From Candidatus Pacearchaeota archaeon (GTDB taxonomy: Archaea > Nanobdellota > Nanobdellia > Pacearchaeales > GW2011-AR1), in contig JBAZMK010000001.1 in assembly GCA_041649755.1 (NCBI GenBank), positions 66,826-130,825 on the forward strand: 64,000 nt of DNA, in the 5' to 3' direction. This document shows positions 55,439 through 63,196 of the stretch, piece after piece (the stretch's first letter is position 1; every line of letters starts with the position of its first letter). Under the pieces are notes generated by a model that searched no databases, was not told the DNA's origin, and saw nothing but the letters and a program-made list of their open reading frames with translations. Made by a program: the position numbers and the translations under genes.

Positions 55439-58400
55439 TCAAGGAGTCTGGCCGTGAGGAACTGCTTTGAATAAAAGAGAGTTGTTGTAAACTCCTGCCG
55501 GCTGAGCGGGGGGTGCACTCAAGAAAAATTTCAAATAGATGACGCTTCCATCGCCAAGATTGTCTCCTATCTTATTATCATAATCTGTTGTAAGACTATA
55601 TTTAGTTTCACTTGGAACGCTCTGATTATCATAACTATACGAAAAAGTTTCGTTTCCGATTCCAAGAGTATCTAAATCAGCGGTCATTAAATCTGAGTTT
55701 GCTTTTAAGTAAACATCTACGCCAGAACTTAAAGTAGAGATATTTATGTAATAATCTGTTGAGCCTTCGCCATTATTCCCTTCTGCCGACTGATTGAATA
55801 TGGGTAAGGAAGAGATTGTCCAATTTATCTTATCATTTAGCTTATCAGAGAAATAAATCGCTATTCCTTCTTCTGCAGATTGTATTGTTAAATTCCATTC
55901 TCCCGTCGCATTAGAGATATCTAGATTAGAAGTTAAATTAGCAAACGCATAAAAACTATGTGTATTACTCGCCTCTCCTGTTGCGTTTACCCAGAAAGTT
56001 ATCGTCTCACTCTGTCCTTCGGTCAATGAAGAAGTTGTCAAAGGATTTGAACTTGCATTTGTGTAGAAAGGCGTTCCAGAATTAATAGGAATTAAACCTG
56101 AGGAGTATAAGCTTGTGTTGATTGTTTCACAATTCCCTTCAAGACAGGTCACATTTAAGGTTACATTAAAAAATTCGTTTTGTGTTATATTAATATTCTC
56201 TGTCGGATATAAAACCTCTAACCCTATTAAAGGAGTTGAATTAACAAAGAAAACAACGGATTCCGTATCGTTTAAATTTCCTGCAGTATCATTACAATAA
56301 GCATAAATTGTGTAAGTATTGTTTGATGATATAGAATAAGTTGAATTGAACACTAAATTATCTGTGGTGTCCATTGAAAAGTTTGAGGTTCCGTTTCCGA
56401 ACCAGCAAGTTCCTTCTTCGTTGATTGTAAAATTCACCACGATAGAAGTTGTTGAATAAGAGTATGTTTGATTTAGTGGAGAGTTTATTGTTACAGAAGG
56501 TGGAGTTGCATCCATTCCACTAATTGTTACCGTTCTCATTTCAGTTTCATTCACATTCCCAGCCATATCTTGTGTGTATGCTTTGAATGTGTGTGTTCCT
56601 TCTGCTAAACTTGTGAAGTTATGGTAGGAGTTTCCGCTCCAGACAGTTAAGTTTCCTCTTTTTACTAGTATAATATGGTTTGGAACAGTTACATCGTAGA
56701 TTCTTCCATTGTAATTCTCTTTTGTTATGTTTTTTATTTTTATTTCTCTGCCTTTTTCATCTAAAAATACCAAATTATCTGTATTTTTATTGCCTTTTTC
56801 AATTTCAGAGTATAATTCAGAGATTTTTATTAGGTTGAAATTGTTTAGTTCTTCCCTACCAAAAGGTTTAAATACTTTATTTGTATGCAAATAAGATAAA
56901 TAATTACTTTGTAAATCCAAGATGGGAACAATCACTCTATCTGTGCCTGATGAATTGAAGTCTGAAATGGATAGTACTGATTTTATTAATTGGTCTTCAG
57001 TAGCAAGAAGGGCATTTTTGGAGGTACTCAAGGATGTTAAAAAATTAGAATTATTAAAGAAACTTAGAGAAATTTCTGAAATATCTGATGATGACAGAAG
57101 AGAGATTAAAGATTCTCTTGTCAAAGAAGTAGTGGATTCTGTTGAAAAGGTTTCTAAAGACTTAAAGTCCGGCAAGATCAAGCCGAAAAGCTTAAAAGAA
57201 TTCAATGCATTCTGTGAGTCATGAATATTGATACTACCCTTATTGATGATACTCTCATCAAGCTTAGAAAAAAAGATTTGACTCTTTTTAGGGCTCTTCA
57301 AAAGAAAATCTGCCAAATTGCCCAACTCGATTGGGATTCCCTTCAGCATTTCAAAAATTTGAGGGGGAGCCTTAAAGACTATAAGCGAGTCCATGTTGGA
57401 AGTTACGTCCTTATTTTCAAGGTAGAAAGAGAGGTTATTATCTTCGCCAAATTTGTCCATCATGACGAGGCTTACTGAGCCGCGCTTTTCTTTTTTATTA
57501 GAATAAGCAACATAAACTTTATGCTCAGGTGAAACGAGCAGGCTTCCTTTTTCTTCATCATAATTTTCAGTTTCAATTCTGTACATTTCTTCATTTTCAT
57601 GTGCAAAATCCTGTTTTTCAGTTGGTTTTTGCCATTCAGTTTCTCCTGAATTTGAATTAAGAGTGAGGATTTCATCCTCTAAACTTACATTTGAAAAATG
57701 TTTCCAGCCAGAATCAGTCATAACTTCTGTTTCATTATCAAAACAGTATTTTGTACTCTGGTTTGCGTATAATGCCTGAATTTCTTCAGCAGATAAACTT
57801 CTATTAAATATCATTACATCGTCGATGGAACCGTTGAAACTTTGACTATTATCTGATTTAGAACCTATATTAGCAGTATTCAAGTTTATTGGACGTCCAC
57901 TAAAAGCATAATAGCTACCTCCATATTGCCCATTTAAATACAGAAATATGCCACTTTCATTATTGATTACTACAAGATTATTCCAAGTATCTTCTGTAAT
58001 AACTGGACCATTAATATTAATATTAGGTCCATCAGAATCCCATCTAACCCGCACAATATCATCGTCTGACCACCTAATAAAAGCACTAGGATAGCCAGTT
58101 CCTGCAAGATTAAATAAGTAATTATCAGTTCCATCATTTATTGCTTTAAACCAAAGCGAAATGGTAGAATAAGTATATGAAACACTAGGTCCAGCAACAT
58201 CAACATAATCCCCATCTCCATCAAACTCAAACCCCTTCCCTAGTTTTCCAGCAGTTGTTTGTTTTGCATCCCCTTGTTTTGTTCCATTGTTGCTTCCAGT
58301 ATAATCTACCACTGTTGTTCCATTAAAGTCATCCATCCTCCACCATCCTACTAATGAATTATCAAAGTCAATGAATGTGCTTATGTTGCTATTTCCTCTT

Positions 58401-61207
58401 CCAATATCACTTGCCGAAACATTCACAAAAATAAAGTCATCACTTGTAACATTCCCTTCTTCAAGCGTCGGGGGAACAAATTCTATTAGAGGTTTCATAT
58501 CTTCTTCAAATTCCCACCCCAATCTAGGGTAATCATTTCCATCATCAATAAACCAAGTTTCATTTACATAATCGCCTTTTTCTGCAATGTTCCAACTTGC
58601 TGTTGTAAAAGTAGATATGTTTTGCATTTGTGCTGTTGTTTTTCCTATTGCGTCTCCTCCTCCTGTTGATTGTCCAGATGATTCAGTGTCCCAAAAAGAA
58701 TTTGTATCTATCCCTTGGTCTAACCCAACAAAACCTTTATCTGTTGGGTCATCTGTTCCTTCATAATGAACTGAACCTGTTGAATAAGATTTATTAATCC
58801 TGCCCACATAATTCCTTCCAGCAAAACCCCCATTAGCTGTTGAAGTTCCTGAAATACGGGTAACACTTCCAGTAGAGTAGGAATTTGAAATATTTGATCC
58901 ATCACTCATCCCAACAAATCCCCCTATGTAATAAGTCCCCGAGGAATTTCCTTTTGCGTAACAGGAATCAACCATTATATTAATACTATGACCTATAAAC
59001 CCCCCGTTTGTCTCTACACTTCCAGAAACATTTCCACTTGACCAGCAATTAGTAATATAAACAGAGGCATAATTTGAATTAGCATACCCTACAAGACCCC
59101 CTAAGTACGAAGTCCCAGAAATATTACCTATGAAATAACTATTTGTAACATTGCCTGAACGAAGATAACCAATTAAACCCCCTACCCATTGTCCTGTACT
59201 AGATACTAAGCAAGAGGAATTAGAGGAGGTTATAGAACTAATATAAGAAGGATAAAAAGAACCCACTAATCCCCCTGCAGTTCCTCCTGTAGATGTAATA
59301 GCCCCGCTTGACCAGCAGTTTGCAATAGAGACATTATTATACCCATTACCTAATATTGCCCCAACATCAGCCTTTCCCGTAACATCACAATCAATAACCC
59401 CTAAATTACTGACAGAGCCTCCATTAATCCTCCCAAACAAGCCCTGATAATCCGTTCCGCTTCTATTAGTATATAGATTACTGATTGTATGATTTTGTCC
59501 GTCAAAAGTTCCTGTAAATGTAGCAATAGGCAACCAACCAGCACCTGTTGTAAACGCTTCCATATTGTCACAATTTTCATAGGAATCGCAATCGCTAAAA
59601 TTTAAATCTCTTAAAAGAATATAAGAAGCAGATAAATTATTTCTTGTTTCGTTTAAGTCTTCAACTGAGTTAATTTCTATTGGTGGGTCAATAACATAAT
59701 CATATTCTATATCCCCAAAACTTCTCAAGTCAAAAGTATCCTGTTCTCCTTCAAGTTCAGTAAGATAAATTTTATACTCTCCTCCCTCATAGATATTATC
59801 AAAAACTGCTAGTGTTTCGTTATTATCTTTTTCGTAAACTTTTACATTTCCAGAATCGTTACTTCTTGCATAAATTGTAATATCTTTTTCATTTGTCAAA
59901 TTCTCTTCAAAAGTCACTCTCAAATATTCTCCATTGGGAATCAAAACATAACTGCCGTCTAATCCTTTCACACTTTCGTAAACATCTTCTAAGAATGTGT
60001 AATTTTCATCTAAATGTTCTGCTTTGGTTATTTCAATTATCTCAAATGTCGGGTCAAGTTCAATAATCTGTCCAATTTCGGTTTCCTCTGAACTAAAATC
60101 TCTTTCTATATAGACGGTTACTATATTTTCATAGAATAATTCTTCTTTAGGACCTTTTACTTCTTCAACAACCCGCGAAGTGACGCCAGAGATAAACTTT
60201 ATTACCGAGCCTGTTATGTCGCCTTCGTTAGAGACCTCTTCTCCCCCGTTAGATTCTTCTGTAAAATTTTCTTCTAAATCCTCAGAAGTATTATCTTCTT
60301 CTAAACTATTTTCTTCGGTTTCTTCATCAGGCAAGAGTTCTTCAACCGAATCTAAAGAAAGATTTTCCATATTCCCCTCTTCGGTTATGTTTGAAGGTTC
60401 TTCTGCAGATAAATTCTCTGTTAGTTCTGTTAAGTTTTCTTCTTCGGTTAGGTTCTCTAAAAAGCCTATACCTGTTTCGTTAGCAGTTACATTCTCTTTT
60501 TCTTCTGTGAAGTTATAATCTTCTTCTAATTCAGATGAATTATCTGTTAATTCTGTTAGGTTTTCTTCTTTAGTTATGTTCAGCTCTTCCGGTATAAATT
60601 CTATTTCAGGAAGACCAATTTTGACATTATAACCCTGCCCTTCTAAATCGCTAAAAGAGATTATAGACCTCCCGATTTGAAGCGTGCTATCATTAATAAT
60701 TTTAATAGTGAGACTGGAGGTTACGTCAATTTTAGCTGAAAAATTTAACTCATTTAACTGGATATAATAACCCCACTTGTACTTTTGTTCTTCTTTCGTG
60801 TCCTCTTCAACTTTTATATCAAAATCTTCAGCCGGAGCCACTGATGAATCCGCAATCTCTTTTAATTTTTCTGAGAGATTCTCAGGATTTTCATTTAAAA
60901 CCCCTTTATTTTTATTAATCTCCTCAACAAAATCGCTGTGATTCAGCAAATCAAAGTAAATTCTTATCATTCCTTCTTCAAGTTCAAAGTCCATTCTTTT
61001 ATTTTTATTAAAGCTTCTAACTTCTCCCATAAATTTTGAAGGTTCTTTAATTTCCAGTTTTGAAGAGTCTTTTTCTATTCTTGTTTCAACAACCTCATCA
61101 GAAATTACATATCCTACGATAGAATTGTTAGAAATTAAAATAAGAAGAAAAAGTAAAAGGAAAAATCCTATAATAATTTTATACCTCTTACCGCCATTAA
61201 TTCTCAT
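55439..61207 (-). CDS. Giant surface protein/adhesin precursor (acidic region, GLUG-like repeats, LamG domain, intein, Ig-like domains, C-terminal subunit-like domain)
   Basis: Signal peptide; GGLVG/GGFIG repeats; LamG LVGWWRMDD...FDGDGDYV...FNGSIDDVMIFNRSLS; uninterrupted 1922 codons. Confidence 0.88.
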   Translation of the reverse strand: MRINGGKRYKIIIGFFLLLFLLILISNNSIVGYVISDEVVETRIEKDSSKLEIKEPSKFMGEVRSFNKNKRMDFELEEGMIRIYFDLLNHSDFVEEINKNKGVLNENPENLSEKLKEIADSSVAPAEDFDIKVEEDTKEEQKYKWGYYIQLNELNFSAKIDVTSSLTIKIINDSTLQIGRSIISFSDLEGQGYNVKIGLPEIEFIPEELNITKEENLTELTDNSSELEEDYNFTEEKENVTANETGIGFLENLTEEENLTELTENLSAEEPSNITEEGNMENLSLDSVEELLPDEETEENSLEEDNTSEDLEENFTEESNGGEEVSNEGDITGSVIKFISGVTSRVVEEVKGPKEELFYENIVTVYIERDFSSEETEIGQIIELDPTFEIIEITKAEHLDENYTFLEDVYESVKGLDGSYVLIPNGEYLRVTFEENLTNEKDITIYARSNDSGNVKVYEKDNNETLAVFDNIYEGGEYKIYLTELEGEQDTFDLRSFGDIEYDYVIDPPIEINSVEDLNETRNNLSASYILLRDLNFSDCDSYENCDNMEAFTTGAGWLPIATFTGTFDGQNHTISNLYTNRSGTDYQGLFGRINGGSVSNLGVIDCDVTGKADVGAILGNGYNNVSIANCWSSGAITSTGGTAGGLVGSFYPSYISSITSSNSSCLVSSTGQWVGGLIGYLRSGNVTNSYFIGNISGTSYLGGLVGYANSNYASVYITNCWSSGNVSGSVETNGGFIGHSINIMVDSCYAKGNSSGTYYIGGFVGMSDGSNISNSYSTGSVTRISGTSTANGGFAGRNYVGRINKSYSTGSVHYEGTDDPTDKGFVGLDQGIDTNSFWDTESSGQSTGGGDAIGKTTAQMQNISTFTTASWNIAEKGDYVNETWFIDDGNDYPRLGWEFEEDMKPLIEFVPPTLEEGNVTSDDFIFVNVSASDIGRGNSNISTFIDFDNSLVGWWRMDDFNGTTVVDYTGSNNGTKQGDAKQTTAGKLGKGFEFDGDGDYVDVAGPSVSYTYSTISLWFKAINDGTDNYLFNLAGTGYPSAFIRWSDDDIVRVRWDSDGPNININGPVITEDTWNNLVVINNESGIFLYLNGQYGGSYYAFSGRPINLNTANIGSKSDNSQSFNGSIDDVMIFNRSLSAEEIQALYANQSTKYCFDNETEVMTDSGWKHFSNVSLEDEILTLNSNSGETEWQKPTEKQDFAHENEEMYRIETENYDEEKGSLLVSPEHKVYVAYSNKKEKRGSVSLVMMDKFGEDNNLSFYLENKDVTSNMDSLIVFKAPPQIFEMLKGIPIELGNLADFLLKSPKKSQIFFSKLDESIINKGSINIHDSQNALNSFKLFGLILPDFKSLETFSTESTTSLTRESLISLLSSSDISEISLSFFNNSNFLTSLSTSKNALLATEDQLIKSVLSISDFNSSGTDRVIVPILDLQSNYLSYLHTNKVFKPFGREELNNFNLIKISELYSEIEKGNKNTDNLVFLDEKGREIKIKNITKENYNGRIYDVTVPNHIILVKRGNLTVWSGNSYHNFTSLAEGTHTFKAYTQDMAGNVNETEMRTVTISGMDATPPSVTINSPLNQTYSYSTTSIVVNFTINEEGTCWFGNGTSNFSMDTTDNLVFNSTYSISSNNTYTIYAYCNDTAGNLNDTESVVFFVNSTPLIGLEVLYPTENINITQNEFFNVTLNVTCLEGNCETINTSLYSSGLIPINSGTPFYTNASSNPLTTSSLTEGQSETITFWVNATGEASNTHSFYAFANLTSNLDISNATGEWNLTIQSAEEGIAIYFSDKLNDKINWTISSLPIFNQSAEGNNGEGSTDYYINISTLSSGVDVYLKANSDLMTADLDTLGIGNETFSYSYDNQSVPSETKYSLTTDYDNKIGDNLGDGSVIYLKFFLSAPPAQPAGVYNNSLLFKAVPHGQTP
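56861..56894 (+). promoter_or_regulatory. Promoter of the nested TA operon: BRE/TATA plus palindromic operator candidate
   Basis: AAAAGG-TTTAAATA (TATA 56867-56874) followed by TTATTTG-TATG-CAAATAA (56877-56894), upstream of ATG 56922. Confidence 0.7.
56922..57224 (+). CDS. Ribbon-helix-helix-type antitoxin (nested antisense within the intein)
   Basis: MGTITLSVPDELKSEM....INWSSVARRAF is an archaeal RHH/CopG-like pattern; its stop overlaps the toxin start (ATGA). Confidence 0.82.
   Translation: MGTITLSVPDELKSEMDSTDFINWSSVARRAFLEVLKDVKKLELLKKLREISEISDDDRREIKDSLVKEVVDSVEKVSKDLKSGKIKPKSLKEFNAFCES
57221..57478 (+). CDS. relE: RelE/StbE/YafQ-superfamily mRNA interferase toxin (nested antisense within the intein)
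   Basis: 85 aa; KL.KKD...LQKKI.QI...HFKNLRGSLKDYKRVHVGSYVLIFKV....IIF..F.HHDEAY. Confidence 0.88.
   Translation: MNIDTTLIDDTLIKLRKKDLTLFRALQKKICQIAQLDWDSLQHFKNLRGSLKDYKRVHVGSYVLIFKVEREVIIFAKFVHHDEAY
57486..57499 (+). terminator. Oligo-T tract, candidate archaeal terminator of the TA operon
   Basis: TTTTCTTTTTTATT, 7 nt after the toxin stop. Confidence 0.5.
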
Positions 61208-61247
61208 TATAATAAAGAGAAATTATATTATTTAAAAGTTCTCAAAA

Positions 61248-61538
61248 CTATTTTTCAAACTTGCTTATTCTTTTAAGGTTAGTGAAAGGGAAAGGTCTTT
61301 CATTGGTTGTAAAAGTTATATACCTGTAAAACCTATAAGACTCCGAACTCCAGTATTCACAGAATTCTGCTAAATCTTTACTTCTTTTTCCCGAGAACAA
61401 AACTATGAAAAGGTGGACTATTGCTAAGATTCCGATAAGATAAGCCCAAGCCCATAGAATTATCCCTGTGACTATTAAAACTAAAATTCTCCATAGGATT
61501 TCCATTCTTTCTAAATCTTCTTTTTTATTTTTTACCAT
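61248..61538 (-). CDS. DUF4389 family membrane protein
   Basis: Two TMs; LFSGKR...F......YRY....TNERPFPF. Confidence 0.8.
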   Translation of the reverse strand: MVKNKKEDLERMEILWRILVLIVTGIILWAWAYLIGILAIVHLFIVLFSGKRSKDLAEFCEYWSSESYRFYRYITFTTNERPFPFTNLKRISKFEK

Positions 61539-61616
61539 TAAAGCCTTAATTAAAGGTTATTTAAATAATTAACTAAACATATAAATTGTTAAAAACTTTA
61601 GATATTTTTGATAAAG

Positions 61617-62354
61617 ATGAAAGAAACCAGAATTTCGTCGGGCTCTTATGATTTGAATAAGTTTCTTTATGGCGGTTTTGAAACAGATATTATTACGACT
61701 TTTTATGGACCGGGGGGTTCTGGGAAGTCTAACTTTTGTGCGATTGTTGCAGTTTCACAGGCAAAGAAAGGAAATAAAATCATTCTAATTGACAGCGAAG
61801 GCGGTTTTTCAATTGACAGATTTAAACAAATTCACGGGGGGACTAAAGAAGAGGTTGAAAAAGCTTTGGGGAATATCTTGTTGCTGAAACCAACTTCATT
61901 TGAAGAACAAGAGAAATCGTTTGAAACGCTTTTAATTCACACTAAGAAAGGAGATGTTTCTCTGATAATTGTAGATAGCATCGCTATGCTTTATCGGCTG
62001 GAGCTTGGAGGAGCGATAAGTTCAGGAGACAATAAAAAAATTTCAGAAGTTAACAGAAAGCTTGCGCGACAATTAAGGGTACTAAACGAAATATCCAGAA
62101 AGCAAAATATTCCTGTCATAGTCACCAATCAGGTATATGCTTCATTTACTCAAAATGAGGAAGACAAGACAATTGAAAGGCAAGTTTCAATGGTCGGTGG
62201 GGATTTGTTAAAATATTGGAGTAAGTGCTTGATTGAGCTTCAAAACTTCCGCGGACGGAGAAAGCTGATTTTAAAAAAACACCGCTCACTTCCTGAGAAA
62301 GAGCTTTTTTTTGAGATAGTTAATTCAGGTATAAGGAAAAAAGGGCTATTTTAA
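61617..62354 (+). CDS. radB: DNA repair protein RadB
   Basis: GGFETDIIT.FYGPGGSGKSN, IDSEGGFS.DR, VDS, TNQVY, GG..LKYWSK, KHR. Confidence 0.93.
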   Translation: MKETRISSGSYDLNKFLYGGFETDIITTFYGPGGSGKSNFCAIVAVSQAKKGNKIILIDSEGGFSIDRFKQIHGGTKEEVEKALGNILLLKPTSFEEQEKSFETLLIHTKKGDVSLIIVDSIAMLYRLELGGAISSGDNKKISEVNRKLARQLRVLNEISRKQNIPVIVTNQVYASFTQNEEDKTIERQVSMVGGDLLKYWSKCLIELQNFRGRRKLILKKHRSLPEKELFFEIVNSGIRKKGLF

Positions 62355-62393
62355 TACAATAATCTTTAAATAAAACAACTATCTTTATATTTT

Positions 62394-62768
62394 ATGGAAG
62401 AGGTTAGAAATCGGCTTATAGAAGACCTTGAGAAAAGAGGGCTTATGCCTGTTTTGGGTTTACATATATTTGAATTGCCTAAAGATGTAAAAGCTAAATG
62501 GGTACAAAATCATAGAAGGGGTATGGGTAGTTATTACTCAAATGAAGGACGGATTATTCTTGAATGTAACTTCGGACTAGAAGAGGGTTTAAGAAGAGCA
62601 ATGAGGTATATTCATGATTATGGAACGATGACAGATGAACAGATTATAGATTTATATATCAGAGAAATGAATATAAGTGGACAAGAATTAAGAGAGGAAT
62701 CGAAATTTTTAGCGGGTTGCGAAGAGGAATCAATGAAAAGAACAGGAGATAGAGTCATTATTACATAA
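62394..62768 (+). CDS. Hypothetical protein
   Basis: 124-aa ORF with TTTAAATA upstream. Confidence 0.55.
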   Translation: MEEVRNRLIEDLEKRGLMPVLGLHIFELPKDVKAKWVQNHRRGMGSYYSNEGRIILECNFGLEEGLRRAMRYIHDYGTMTDEQIIDLYIREMNISGQELREESKFLAGCEEESMKRTGDRVIIT

Positions 62769-62782
62769 TTAGATAGATTAAT

Positions 62783-63094
62783 TTATGTCCTATATCTCTC
62801 AGAAAACCTCACTGCACCATCCACGACATCTCTTGTAAATTCTAATTGTGTATCTAAAAGATAATGAGAATCTCCTTTTCTATGTAGATACTTTAAGTCT
62901 CCATTTTCAAAATCTACATGTATTGGAAAACCACTTTCTTCGTCAACTGTTCCTTCAAGAGTTGTAAGCCCTTCTCGTTTTCCCGAAATTAACTGCCCGT
63001 CTTCCATTAGAATGAAGTCGCCCAAATAGGGGCGTCCATTTTCTTCAGAAGAATTTTCCAAGGTCAAATGAACATTGCAAACTGCCGATTCCAT
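62783..63094 (-). CDS. Hypothetical protein
   Basis: 103-aa acidic ORF with a TATA-like element upstream. Confidence 0.5.
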   Translation of the reverse strand: MESAVCNVHLTLENSSEENGRPYLGDFILMEDGQLISGKREGLTTLEGTVDEESGFPIHVDFENGDLKYLHRKGDSHYLLDTQLEFTRDVVDGAVRFSERYRT

Positions 63095-63196
63095 AAAAGT
63101 ATCTGCTCTGATTTTATTTAAACTTTTTTATAGTCATCAATCTGTTATTCTTTTTAGTCAGTGAAAATATAAAAACCCTTCTTTAATGGTATTGCT

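Larger units (their letters stand above)
56630..57745 (-). mobile_element. Intein (Hint domain), 372 aa, residues 1155-1526 of the giant protein; no homing endonuclease; carries an antisense TA cassette
   Basis: Block A Y|CFDNETEVMTDSGWK; block B LLVSPEHKVYV; block F YNGRIYDVTVPNH; block G TVWSGN|S with +1 Ser. Confidence 0.9.

Noticed and set aside
56861..57499. Homing endonuclease inside the intein
   Set aside because: No LAGLIDADG, HNH or GIY-YIG motif. The minus-strand peptide is Ser/Leu/Phe-rich, as expected for the antisense of the TA genes.
56840..57520. IS element or target-site duplication flanking the TA cassette
   Set aside because: I could not see terminal inverted repeats, direct repeats or a transposase at either edge.
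57472..57675. 67-aa minus-strand ORF in another frame of the intein
   Set aside because: Alternative-frame by-product of the Hint N-terminal coding sequence, with no motif.
1023..60518. Numerous short antisense or alternative-frame ORFs inside long genes (e.g. 4783-5067, 12490-12789, 35364-35747, 37473-37979, 50455-50814, 60180-60518)
   Set aside because: Ser/Phe/Ile-rich mirror translations of Lys/Glu-rich genes, with no family motifs, promoter or coupling, unlike the TA pair.
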